64,000 bases of DNA, from the IMG/VR virus record IMGVR_UViG_3300010344_000850, positions 1-64,000 of that record. The stretch is one strand, 5' to 3'. The stretch comes from a virus (taxonomy: Duplodnaviria > Caudoviricetes). Below are positions 8,966 through 18,322 of this stretch, piece by piece (position 1 is the first letter of the stretch; each line of letters starts with the position of its first letter). The notes below the pieces were generated by a model that worked only from the letters and a program-made list of their open reading frames with translations, did not search any database and was not told the DNA's origin. The translations under genes and the position numbers were made by a program.

Positions 8966-9099
8966 TGATAAGAGAAATAAGATGGTGGATAGGTTTGTTG
9001 ATAGCTAAATATAAGGATAGGAGAAGTGGAAGTATTGTTAATTTCTTTGAATCTGAATATCGTTTCAGAAACAGTCCATTTTAAAAAGGAGATAAAAAA

Positions 9100-10302
9100 A
9101 TGTTTGTGATTCCATCATCGGTAGACAAAGAACTTCATGTAAAGATTTGGCAGGAAAGAGGAGCAGTAGAAGAAGGAGCTTTAATACAGATTGATAACTT
9201 GAGGAGATTGCCTTTCGCTTATCATCATGTAGCTATTATGCCTGATGTTCATCAGGGATATGGAATGTGTATCGGAGGGGTGTTAGCTACTCAGGGAGTA
9301 GTAATTCCTAACGCTGTAGGAGTTGATATAGGGTGCGGAATGTGTGCGGTTAAGACTTCTCTGAAGGCTTCTCAATTAGATACTGATACTTTGAAAAAGA
9401 TTATGGGGTTAATTCGTGAGAAGGTTCCTGTTGGATTTGAGCATCAGAAAGAACCTCAAGATGAAAGTTTGATGCCTATTTTAGAAGGAGGCCAACTCGA
9501 TTCTGAATCTTGGCCAGTTATTAGTAATGAATATTTTTCAGCTAGAAAACAATTAGGAACCTTGGGCGGTGGTAATCACTTCATCGAGATTCAAAAAGAT
9601 GGTGAAGATAATGTTTGGATTATGATTCATTCAGGGTCTAGGAATCTAGGAAAGAAAGTCGCTGATTATTACAATGATATAGCTAAGAAATTAAATCAGA
9701 GGTGGTTTTCTTCAGTTCCTAAAGAGTGGGATTTAGCGTTTCTCCCTATTGAAACAAGAGAAGCTCAAGACTATCTAGTGGAAATGAATTATTGCGTTGA
9801 GTTCGCTTTAGCTAATCGTAAGCTAATGATGCAGAATATTGTCGATTCTTTCATTCCTACATTCGGTTCTATGGGATGGGAGATTGAACCTTATATCAAT
9901 ATCGCTCATAACTACGCCCGATATGAACATCACTTCGGCAAAGATGTTCTTGTTCATAGGAAGGGAGCTACGAGTGCGAAACTAGGAGAGATAGGGATTA
10001 TTCCTGGGTCACAGGGAAGTAAAAGCTATATCGTTAGAGGACTAGGAAATCCTGAATCTTTTATGTCATGTTCTCATGGAGCGGGAAGGAAGATGGGAAG
10101 GAAACAGGCTTCTAGGGAACTGAAACTTGAAGATGAAATCAAGCGTCTTGACGACCAAGGAATCATTCACGGAATTAGAACAGAGAAGGACTTAGATGAA
10201 GCTACAGGAGCATATAAGGATATTACCGAAGTGATGATAAATCAAAGGGACTTAGTAGAAATCGTAACTGAACTTACTCCAATGGCAGTAATCAAGGGGT
10301 GA
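9100..10302 (+). CDS. rtcB: RNA-splicing/repair ligase RtcB
   Basis: MPDVHQGYG, VGVDIGCGM, GTLGGGNHFIE, HSGSR, HNY, HRKGA, IPGS, SHGAGR, DEA..AYK motifs. Confidence 0.95.
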   Translation: MFVIPSSVDKELHVKIWQERGAVEEGALIQIDNLRRLPFAYHHVAIMPDVHQGYGMCIGGVLATQGVVIPNAVGVDIGCGMCAVKTSLKASQLDTDTLKKIMGLIREKVPVGFEHQKEPQDESLMPILEGGQLDSESWPVISNEYFSARKQLGTLGGGNHFIEIQKDGEDNVWIMIHSGSRNLGKKVADYYNDIAKKLNQRWFSSVPKEWDLAFLPIETREAQDYLVEMNYCVEFALANRKLMMQNIVDSFIPTFGSMGWEIEPYINIAHNYARYEHHFGKDVLVHRKGATSAKLGEIGIIPGSQGSKSYIVRGLGNPESFMSCSHGAGRKMGRKQASRELKLEDEIKRLDDQGIIHGIRTEKDLDEATGAYKDITEVMINQRDLVEIVTELTPMAVIKG

Positions 10303-10404
10303 TTAAATGAAATGTCAACATTGCGGAAAAGATTTTAATAGAAACGAAGTTGTATATGATGGACATTATTCTCTTTGTCCTCATTGTAAAAAAAGGATAT
10401 AACT

Positions 10405-10644
10405 ATGACTGTTATTGAAAGAGAAGGAGAGTGGATAAATTTTTACTGGAATGCTGAGAGTCAGATAAAGAAGGCGTTGTGGTATGGATTTGAAATTGCT
10501 AAAGAGCCTCATTTTGAAAGCTACTCTAAAATAGGACTATATCTGTGTCGTTTTGATACAAGAAATGTTTGTAGTTTACCTAATGTTAGTCTTATTAGAG
10601 ATGGATATAAGTTCATTAAAAGAGTAGGAAAAAATGAACCCTAA
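10405..10644 (+). CDS. hypothetical protein
   Basis: SD AAGGA; operon context. Confidence 0.55.
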   Translation: MTVIEREGEWINFYWNAESQIKKALWYGFEIAKEPHFESYSKIGLYLCRFDTRNVCSLPNVSLIRDGYKFIKRVGKNEP

Positions 10645-10990
10645 TTCTAGAACAATTATCACAGATAAAGATCAAATACTAAAAATAATAAAAAAAAGGA
10701 GAAATAAAAGACGCTTTAGAGTGTTTCACACGAAGGGAATAAAATGTGTACAGTGCGGAGTAGAGATAAATAAAATACTGTTTTGGACTGACCCTTATGG
10801 AAATCAATCGGTAGATTTTATACATGAGTTTCCTGATAAGTCTTTTGTCTTTATGACCGTTGACCATATCTATCCCCTTAGTTTAGGCGGAGTTCGGAGT
10901 ATTGAAAATGAACAGCCTATGTGTAGTAAATGTAATAATCTAAAAGGTAATCAACCACAACTTCTAGTCGAAAAAGACTTGACAAACTAG
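10634..10990 (+). CDS. HNH endonuclease (McrA-like)
   Basis: CVQC...TVDHIYPLSLGG...N.QPMCSKCNNLKGN. Confidence 0.85.
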   Translation: MNPNSRTIITDKDQILKIIKKRRNKRRFRVFHTKGIKCVQCGVEINKILFWTDPYGNQSVDFIHEFPDKSFVFMTVDHIYPLSLGGVRSIENEQPMCSKCNNLKGNQPQLLVEKDLTN

Positions 10991-11007
10991 TAGAAGTATG
11001 ATAGAAT
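10979..11007 (+). promoter_or_regulatory. extended -10 sigma70 promoter
   Basis: TTGACA, 17 bp, TGaTAGAAT. Confidence 0.7.
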
Positions 11008-11028
11008 ACACTATCTAAAGGAGACTAT

Positions 11029-11259
11029 ATGAAACCTTATATTGTTTTGGCTCATGTGTCGGAAACGGAAATTGACAGGAGAGATTTAGAAAACATCGAA
11101 GACCAATCTTTCAAAACTTTAGAGGATTTACAGAATGAATTAAAAACTACAAATTTTGAGATTTATACTTTATCGGAGTTTATGGATTTATGGAATAACG
11201 AGGAGGTTACACCTGAACAGAATTGGATTGGTTATATTAACCTAGAGGAGGAAATCTAA
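11029..11259 (+). CDS. hypothetical acidic protein
   Basis: SD AAGGAG after the promoter. Confidence 0.65.
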   Translation: MKPYIVLAHVSETEIDRRDLENIEDQSFKTLEDLQNELKTTNFEIYTLSEFMDLWNNEEVTPEQNWIGYINLEEEI

Positions 11260-11425
11260 TGAAAGTAGAAATCGAATTTATCGGAGGAGATAAGGACAGT
11301 TTTTCTTGTGTAGCTATTGAAGTGTTGCCTATGAGAAATGAGGTGGCTTTAATTCATCGTTATAAAGATGATGAAAATGATGAGACGCTGATTGGACTTT
11401 CAGAGATTAAGGAGATGTTTGTAGC

Positions 11426-11614
11426 ATGAAAAAAGAACTAAGAAACTATACTCTAAATTTAGAAATGGACATTAAAGCTCTGTCTCCTTCTCAAGCCTTT
11501 GAAAAATTTGAAGGCTTATTGAGAAATGGAAATTGGAGACAGGACGATATTTGTATAGTATATGAGGATAATTTGAAGGGATTGTCTTTTAGCCCTTCTA
11601 AAAAGAAAGGATAA
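11426..11614 (+). CDS. hypothetical protein
   Basis: SD AAGGAG. Confidence 0.55.
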   Translation: MKKELRNYTLNLEMDIKALSPSQAFEKFEGLLRNGNWRQDDICIVYEDNLKGLSFSPSKKKG

Positions 11615-12588
11615 AGCCTATCAATTTTCTACAATCCATATTTTCTTCAAGACCTTCTTTTGAAGATTCTATTTTTAGTAAATTAAAAACTGAGATAAAC
11701 GTTAGTGGAGGTTCTAGACCTTCTTCTTTTGACGAGTATGTAGGACAAGAAAAAGCTAAGAGCATTCTAACTAGATTTATTTCTTCTTCATTCAAAAGGA
11801 ATACTACTTTTCCTCATACTCTGATTAACGGAGGAGCTGGGATGGGGAAAACTACGTTGGTAAATATAGTAGCTAAACAGTTAGCCATTCCTATGAAAGA
11901 AATCATAGGAGAGACAGAAGCCGATAAAGTATTAGAGATTGTGATGGATTTGAAGGGTGGAATTTTATTCATTGATGAAGTTCACGCTCTAAAGACGGAG
12001 ACGATGGAGAAGCTTTACTCTATCATGGAAGACTTTAAATATGAGGGAGAGTCTATTCCTGAGTTTACTCTTTTTGGAGCTACAACTGAGATGGGAGAGC
12101 TAATTAAGAGAGCTAAACCCTTCTATGACCGCTTTAAAATTATCATTGAGTTAGAAAACTACTCTATATCGGAAATGAAACAAATGGCTAGAGGATATAG
12201 AGATAGGAAATATCCTTCTGATTCTTTAGATGAAAAAGCTGTCAATATACTAGCTAAGAACTGCAAGCTAACGCCTAGAGCCTTAATCCGTCTTATTGAT
12301 ACGGCTATTTGTTTTGATGGGGATATTAAAGCTACATTAAAATCTTTTAATATTATTCATAACGGCTTTACTAGTAAGGACTTGCAGATATTAAAATATC
12401 TAGCTAATAACAAAAAAGGAACAGGACTACAGGGATTGACAGCATACTTAAATACTTCTCAACAGAACTATCTTTATGAAAGTGAGCCTTATCTAATTCA
12501 AAATGAGTTAATTCTAAGAAATCCTAGGGGTAGAGTTATTACTGAAAAAGGAATGAGACTTGTTAAACAATTGGAGAAAATGAAATGA
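11611..12588 (+). CDS. ruvB: Holliday junction branch-migration helicase RuvB-like (non-canonical or mutated start)
   Basis: Frame is open from 11602 and encodes RPSSFDEYVGQEKAK...PHTLINGGAGMGKTT upstream of the track start; LFIDEVH, MEDF, FTLFGATT, PF.DRF, TPR, EPYL...RNPRGR motifs. Confidence 0.85.
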   Translation: MKPINFLQSIFSSRPSFEDSIFSKLKTEINVSGGSRPSSFDEYVGQEKAKSILTRFISSSFKRNTTFPHTLINGGAGMGKTTLVNIVAKQLAIPMKEIIGETEADKVLEIVMDLKGGILFIDEVHALKTETMEKLYSIMEDFKYEGESIPEFTLFGATTEMGELIKRAKPFYDRFKIIIELENYSISEMKQMARGYRDRKYPSDSLDEKAVNILAKNCKLTPRALIRLIDTAICFDGDIKATLKSFNIIHNGFTSKDLQILKYLANNKKGTGLQGLTAYLNTSQQNYLYESEPYLIQNELILRNPRGRVITEKGMRLVKQLEKMK

Positions 12589-12654
12589 AAAAGATTGTAG
12601 TAACGGTTTATGATTATCAAAAAATAATGGACTCTGTTATTAGTAAGAAGAAAA

Positions 12655-12924
12655 GTGTATCAGATACTCTTTATTGATAGAACCTCGTATAGATTGTCGG
12701 GAGGCGGCAGAAGAGGGGATGAGATAGCTCAGTGGCTCCAAGACCATCCTGAGGTTAAAGAATATGTTATTGTAGATGATGAAACTTTTGACATGAATAA
12801 AGACCAACAATCCCATATTGTTAAAGTAGACGGAGAAGAAGGTTTATCATTTAAAAACTATTGTAAAATACATAAAAAATTAGGTATCAGTACAAAAGAG
12901 GTATTCAAAAATGCAGAAATATAA
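12655..12924 (+). pseudogene. C-terminal fragment of a HAD 'Swiss-army-knife' RNA-repair phosphatase
   Basis: RGDEIAQWL..HP....YVIVDD..D motif; N-terminal DxDG motif absent; an unrelated short ORF (12585-12677) overlaps its start. Confidence 0.6.
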
Positions 12925-13636
12925 TGAAATAGACGATTTTTGGAAATCAAAAGTCGAAATCAAAGACAACCCTAATGTAGCTAGGATAAACGGAGTACAT
13001 TATTTTATAGGAGACGAGAACGAGAAGGGGACGAATTCGTTTCGTGGATTTGATGGTAAAAAATTCAAGATAAAATTTAACGACGGTAGAGAGGTAGAAA
13101 CAACAAACTTGTGGTATAATGGTAAGATTCCTAAAGAATATGAGAAAGATTTACCCGATAACGCTATTTTTATAGAGGAAGACATGAGAGAGCGGTGCGA
13201 GAAGGAAGCGAGGGAGATTGCAAAACAAACGCAGTTGCGATGTGATTCTTTAGAGCTTGAATCTGAGGTTGAAAAAGAACTGACAGATTTTATCACCACC
13301 GCCCTTCTGAAGCGGGAGAAGGAGATTGAGGAGTTGAAGCAAGCGAATAAGAACGCAAATGCTTTGATTGCAGACCAAGCGGATGAGAGTCAGAGGATTG
13401 TTGATAAACTCCAGACCCGTCTATCCACTCTTGAGGCTGAAGCTAGAAACCTCGCAGGAGAAATAACCGACAAGGATGACAAGATTCTATCTCTCCTGAA
13501 GGCTTCTGAAGGCATGGAGAAGGCGTTGGAGGATTTGCGGAAAGAGTTTGCATTGAACGAGAACGAAAATCGGTGGTCGCTTACGACAATCAATCTTGCA
13601 CTCGCTGACTTCAGGGCTGTGAAGGAGACGAAATGA
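12911..13636 (+). CDS. hypothetical protein, apparent fusion of two ORFs (C-terminal coiled coil)
   Basis: N-half has GFDGKKF.IKF.DG..VETTNLW..G; internal SD GAGGAAG + ATG near 13184, where GC content rises. Confidence 0.6.
   Translation: MQKYNEIDDFWKSKVEIKDNPNVARINGVHYFIGDENEKGTNSFRGFDGKKFKIKFNDGREVETTNLWYNGKIPKEYEKDLPDNAIFIEEDMRERCEKEAREIAKQTQLRCDSLELESEVEKELTDFITTALLKREKEIEELKQANKNANALIADQADESQRIVDKLQTRLSTLEAEARNLAGEITDKDDKILSLLKASEGMEKALEDLRKEFALNENENRWSLTTINLALADFRAVKETK
13604..13626 (+). repeat. 23-bp direct repeat, copy 1 (left flank of MTase)
   Basis: GCTGACTTCAGGGCTGTGAAGGA, identical to 14347-14369. Confidence 0.9.
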
Positions 13637-14400
13637 AACTGATTCTTGGGGATTGTTTGGAGAAGATGAAAGAGATTCCAGACAAAAGTATTGATATGAT
13701 ACTTTGTGATTTGCCTTATGGAATAACCGCTTGCAAGTGGGATTCCATAATCCCATTTGAGCCTCTTTGGGAACAGTATAAAAGAGTAACAAAATCAAAT
13801 GCCGCAATAGTTCTTACAGCAAGCCAGCCATTTACCTCCTTTTTAGTTACGAGCAATCCAAAAATGTTTAAGCATGAATGGATATGGATTAAGAATAAGG
13901 GGAGTAATTTTGCTAATACAGTCAGAGAGCCATTTAAAGAGCACGAAAGCGTATTGGTTTTCTCCAAAGGGGGTTGGACATACAACAAGCAGATGCAGGA
14001 ACGGACGGGTGCTGGATTAAGCAGGGTTCAGTATCAATTTCATCTTGAAAGCAAAACTGAAAATTATAGAGAGTTTAAAGGGCGTGGAAATGTTGTTATG
14101 CCAGAGCTAAGAGTTCCATCATCTTGGCAAAAGTTCAATACTGAGACTGGACTTCATCCAACACAAAAGCCAGTAGCACTCTTTGAGTATCTGATTAAGA
14201 CCTACACAAACGAGGGTGAAACTGTTCTTGATAATTGCATGGGGTCTGGAACAACTGGAGTAGCTTGTAAGCGTTTAGGGAGGAACTTTATCGGTATTGA
14301 GAAGGACGAGAACTATTTCAAGATAGCCGAAGAAAGAATAGCATCAGCTGACTTCAGGGCTGTGAAGGAACACAACGAGATTAAAGGGGGTGGGAAATGA
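13633..14400 (+). CDS. N6/N4 DNA methyltransferase (beta class)
   Basis: GDCLE, DLPYG, HPTQKPVAL, VLDNCMGSGTTG, FIGIE motifs. Confidence 0.93.
   Translation: MKLILGDCLEKMKEIPDKSIDMILCDLPYGITACKWDSIIPFEPLWEQYKRVTKSNAAIVLTASQPFTSFLVTSNPKMFKHEWIWIKNKGSNFANTVREPFKEHESVLVFSKGGWTYNKQMQERTGAGLSRVQYQFHLESKTENYREFKGRGNVVMPELRVPSSWQKFNTETGLHPTQKPVALFEYLIKTYTNEGETVLDNCMGSGTTGVACKRLGRNFIGIEKDENYFKIAEERIASADFRAVKEHNEIKGGGK
14347..14369 (+). repeat. 23-bp direct repeat, copy 2 (inside MTase 3' end)
   Basis: Identical to 13604-13626; both copies encode ADFRAVKE. Confidence 0.9.
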
Positions 14401-14639
14401 AATGGATTCGCTTGCAGGATAAAGAGCCTCCTAAGGAAACGAAACTCTGGGGCTACGATGTTTTTTATGACAAGGTTCACTTGTGCGAATGGGATGGGAA
14501 CCATAAACGTGATGATGGGATGGCGTTTATCGACTCTCTGACTGAATCTGGTGATGATTATGCGATTGAGTTCTGGATGATTGCTGAAATTCCATTAGAA
14601 CCGAACTGTGATTTTGAACCAACGCCACGAGAGGGGTGA
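14397..14639 (+). CDS. hypothetical protein (DUF551-like)
   Basis: MKWI...DKEPP...FWM...P.EP pattern typical of small phage DUF551-like proteins. Confidence 0.55.
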   Translation: MKWIRLQDKEPPKETKLWGYDVFYDKVHLCEWDGNHKRDDGMAFIDSLTESGDDYAIEFWMIAEIPLEPNCDFEPTPREG

Positions 14640-14789
14640 GGGGAAATGAGTGACTGTGAGATTCATATTTTAGTTTGGATAATGATTGGGATGGTTATTG
14701 GATTTCAAATGGGATGGCTTGGAGGGAGGGCTTCAAAATGACTCCACGTTTTAAGGAAAAACTAGGAGAATATATGAGGAGAATTTCTG

Positions 14790-15074
14790 ATGACCGATGA
14801 ACTCCACAGTGAAAAGAATATCGCATTAGCCTCTCTAAAAAGAAGCTCTGAGTTTCTCAAGAAGTGGTTAGACCGACAAGCGAAGTTTGCAACAGATGTT
14901 TCTCCTTGGGAGCCACTATTTAATCAAATTATAAGAGATGTGGAGGTATTAAATGCAAGTGAACTCCGTAGGATAAGACCAGGAGAGCCTTGCTCGCACC
15001 CAGGGTGTATGTCACACAAGTCCCATCCCTGTGAAGGATGCGGAAGACAATGGGGAGATGTGGACAGAGATTAA
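14790..15074 (+). CDS. hypothetical protein with C-terminal Cys/His cluster
   Basis: SD GAGGAG; CSHPGC.SH.SHPCEGCG. Confidence 0.6.
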   Translation: MTDELHSEKNIALASLKRSSEFLKKWLDRQAKFATDVSPWEPLFNQIIRDVEVLNASELRRIRPGEPCSHPGCMSHKSHPCEGCGRQWGDVDRD

Positions 15075-15112
15075 GATTGTAGCTGATTATTGTTTATCTA
15101 AAGGAGATAAGA

Positions 15113-15682
15113 ATGAGTAGACAGTTTATTAGTGCTGATTATCATTTAGGACACGGAAATATAATAAAATACTGCAATCGTCCGTTTAAATCCTTAGAAG
15201 AAATGAACGAGACTATTATAAGGAGACATAACGAGAGAATTAAGCCTGAAGATTTTTTCTTTCATAATGGAGATTTCTGTTTCAAGAATACTAATGAATC
15301 TAAAGGAGAAGGAGTTAGGAGTAAGGCTCAGGAGTGGAACTCTAGACTGAACGGAAATAAGATATTCATTAAGGGAAATCACGATAAGAATAACAGTATG
15401 CAGACTATTATAAAGTCATGTATTATAACCTTTGCAGGTAAGGATTATAATATGTGTCATAATCCTAATGACGCTGACTTTAGGTTTGAGATAAACCTAA
15501 CGGGACACGTGCATCAGAATTGGAGATTTAAACGATATAATAGAACTAAATTAATTAATGTAGGAGTTGATGTATGGAACTTCTACCCTAGAACGATAGA
15601 TGAGCTTTTAAATGAACTAAAGAAGTATGAGAAGAACAATAAACTAGAAGAATATCAACCCTACTATAGAGAGGAAGCATAA
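15113..15682 (+). CDS. calcineurin-like metallophosphoesterase
   Basis: AD.HLGH.NII.YC.RPF, GDF, GNHD, H, GHVH, NVGVD motifs. Confidence 0.9.
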   Translation: MSRQFISADYHLGHGNIIKYCNRPFKSLEEMNETIIRRHNERIKPEDFFFHNGDFCFKNTNESKGEGVRSKAQEWNSRLNGNKIFIKGNHDKNNSMQTIIKSCIITFAGKDYNMCHNPNDADFRFEINLTGHVHQNWRFKRYNRTKLINVGVDVWNFYPRTIDELLNELKKYEKNNKLEEYQPYYREEA

Positions 15683-16395
15683 TGTTTGAACGAGAGAAAT
15701 ATATTTTAGAAAAACTTATCTTAAAAGCTAATCTTGAAACACTTTTAAGAGGAGTTAATTATTTTATAGCTGGAGGGGCTTGTACTTCTGTATTTAGCGG
15801 AAGTCAGGTAAACGATTTAGATATTTATTTTTTTACAGAAAAAGACTGTGGACAAGCTCAGGACCAACTCGTAATTGACAGTTCTATTTTTAGAACTGAA
15901 AATGCATGGAGTTTTAAAAATAATGGAGTTAAAGTACAGTACATTTGTAAGTTAGTAGGAAGCGAATCCGAGATACTTAAGAACTTTGATTTTACAGTAA
16001 ATGAGTGTGCTTATAATCCTAGAATAAAAGATTTTACTATGAATAAAGACTATTTTATATACGACCTATGTTCTAAAAGACTTAGGTATAATATTAACGG
16101 AAAGTATCCCATAGCTAGTTTATGGAGAGTTAATAAGTATATTAAAAAAGGGTTTTCTTTACCCGCTATTGAAAGTATAAAGCTGGCTTTAAGGATAAAC
16201 GATTTAAACATAACAACTTACAAAGACCTGAAAGAGCAACTAGAAGGTATTGATACTCTGTTTCTCAAGGATTTAACTGATAAATTTCTAGAGAATCCAG
16301 ATAAAGAATTTCAATTTAATGAAGCTTTAGAATTAATGAATAAAGTATTAGAAGAAAAACTAACTTTAATTGGAGATGAAGATGAAGATATTTAG
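15682..16395 (+). CDS. nucleotidyltransferase (Pol-beta superfamily, CCA/polyA-polymerase-like head)
   Basis: FIAGGAC.S...NDLDIYF and FDFTVN..AY motifs. Confidence 0.75.
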   Translation: MFEREKYILEKLILKANLETLLRGVNYFIAGGACTSVFSGSQVNDLDIYFFTEKDCGQAQDQLVIDSSIFRTENAWSFKNNGVKVQYICKLVGSESEILKNFDFTVNECAYNPRIKDFTMNKDYFIYDLCSKRLRYNINGKYPIASLWRVNKYIKKGFSLPAIESIKLALRINDLNITTYKDLKEQLEGIDTLFLKDLTDKFLENPDKEFQFNEALELMNKVLEEKLTLIGDEDEDI

Positions 16396-16825
16396 ATTAG
16401 ATTATAGTTTTTATGATGATTCAATTTATTGTTTAATTCAACATGAGAAAGATAAAACTTATGAGGAGTTTTTATCTGACTTTAGTATCTGTTCAAAGAA
16501 AGCAGGAGAGGAAATAATCGTTAATAGAAAGAACCCTCAGATAATTGATTTGTTTTGGAACGCTTACAGTTACATGATAAGTGACTTTAATTATTCAGAT
16601 TACAGACCTGATACTATTGCTTTTGAGGGAGAAATTCTTTGTCGTGATTTAGATAAAGATGGAAAGAATGAGGCTTTCTTAGACGAATTTGAAGGCTCTA
16701 AGATTAAAGAATGTTTAGGAGAAGATTTAGTTAATAGGCTCTGTAGATTAGATGAAGAAAAATACGAGGAAATGAACAAAAAATTAGAAGAAAACTCTAA
16801 AAAGGACTTGGCAGATGGTAAATAA
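16370..16825 (+). CDS. hypothetical acidic protein
   Basis: Overlapping operon ORF. Confidence 0.6.
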   Translation: MEMKMKIFRLDYSFYDDSIYCLIQHEKDKTYEEFLSDFSICSKKAGEEIIVNRKNPQIIDLFWNAYSYMISDFNYSDYRPDTIAFEGEILCRDLDKDGKNEAFLDEFEGSKIKECLGEDLVNRLCRLDEEKYEEMNKKLEENSKKDLADGK

Positions 16826-17558
16826 AAACGTAGAATTTGATTATAACAATATTATATTTAAAGAAGCGGTAGCCTTCGCTGAAACCATAGCTACACGATA
16901 TTATAGTTATTATAAAAATATCTTTCAATTAGAAGCTATTGAGTTAGACGATTTACTACAAGACGCTCGATTAGCTACTATTAAGGTCTATCAGACTTGG
17001 ATGAAGAATCCGAGGAAGTTTAATCTAAAAGGAGGCGTTTCTGTAGCGGTAGGCTTTAATGAGATGAATAAACAAAGAAAAGCTATTGTTAATCGACACC
17101 TTCTAGATGATTTAACAGAAGAGTTAAAGAAGGTAGCGGTAAACGCTCTATCGCAGATTTCCTCTGAAGATAGAGACTTAATTATCTCTGATTTCTTAAA
17201 AGCTCATCCTTCTCCTAAAGAAAAAAAAGATCCCCTTCATAATCTTTATGATTTTGAAGAACAAAAAGAAATGAGCTATAAAAATATTTTTGAGAAGCTA
17301 TATGGAGATGGAACAACTCAGACGAGTTCAGACGATTTTGAACATCTAATAGAGGATATTAGAGAGTGTACTAAGGATTTAAGGAAAAGAAAAACAGTAG
17401 CTAAAGTATTTAAATACTTCTTTGAAGAGGGATTAACTCTAGAACAAACAGGAAGAAAGATGAATTGTAGTAAACAGAGAGTGTGGGATTTAGTACAGGA
17501 GATTAAGAAAGCTGTAAACGAAAAAATCGACATTAACCAATATTCAAAGTATAACTAA
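16815..17558 (+). CDS. phage sigma-factor-like protein
   Basis: Region-2-like ELDDLLQDARLA; region-4 HTH GLTLEQTGRKMNCSKQRVWDL. Confidence 0.65.
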   Translation: MVNKNVEFDYNNIIFKEAVAFAETIATRYYSYYKNIFQLEAIELDDLLQDARLATIKVYQTWMKNPRKFNLKGGVSVAVGFNEMNKQRKAIVNRHLLDDLTEELKKVAVNALSQISSEDRDLIISDFLKAHPSPKEKKDPLHNLYDFEEQKEMSYKNIFEKLYGDGTTQTSSDDFEHLIEDIRECTKDLRKRKTVAKVFKYFFEEGLTLEQTGRKMNCSKQRVWDLVQEIKKAVNEKIDINQYSKYN

Positions 17559-17569
17559 GGAGAAGATAA

Positions 17570-18283
17570 ATGAAAATTGATAAATCAGTATTTCAGAGTT
17601 TTTTAGAAGCCATTTTACTTAAAGGAGAACATCAGAATAAAGAGTGTATCTTATCAGTCAATAAAGAAGGTTTAGGAGCTATTCTTTTGTCGGCTGACGG
17701 AACTACGGCTATTAAAGCTTCTTTAAATGTTAGTCTTGATAAGGGAAGTGAGGAGTGGGGTATTGATAATCTTCCTCTTCTTGTAGAAGCCGTTAAGACT
17801 TTTAAAGAAGGAGAGCTTTCCGTAACTAAAAACAAGAATAAACTTGCGGTATCACAAGGAAAACAAAAGGCTACTTTAATTCTTAGAGATATTGAATATA
17901 TTAAAAACGGAATTGAAGAAGCTAAACTGAATACCCTCAAGACTAAGGAGGCTGTTGGATTTGACTTAGAGTTGCCTCTGATTAAGGAGATTTCTTCTTT
18001 CCTTAACTCTTTTAAGAGTAAGGCTTTACGTATGGAGGGAGAGGGGAGTGAATTCAATATCTATATCGAAAGTAATGAGAATTCATTTGAAAAAAGCTAC
18101 GATATAGGAGAGGGAATTGTGCTACCGAAATTCGTTGTATTAGTAGGTTCTCCTTTTATCGATATTATTAATTCTGTTAAATCTAAAATCAATATTAAAG
18201 CTACTACAGGAAAAGCGTTAGAATGTACGGTTTCTAATGATAATATGACTGTAGAATATTTTGTAGCTACTATGAGGGATTAA
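17570..18283 (+). CDS. DNA sliding clamp (gp45/PCNA-like)
   Basis: 237-aa two-domain alpha/beta pattern ending VEYFVA; immediately upstream of the clamp loader. Confidence 0.7.
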   Translation: MKIDKSVFQSFLEAILLKGEHQNKECILSVNKEGLGAILLSADGTTAIKASLNVSLDKGSEEWGIDNLPLLVEAVKTFKEGELSVTKNKNKLAVSQGKQKATLILRDIEYIKNGIEEAKLNTLKTKEAVGFDLELPLIKEISSFLNSFKSKALRMEGEGSEFNIYIESNENSFEKSYDIGEGIVLPKFVVLVGSPFIDIINSVKSKINIKATTGKALECTVSNDNMTVEYFVATMRD

Positions 18284-18322
18284 ACAATTAATATGTCCAG
18301 TTGGCAGAACTGAGGGGGTAAT

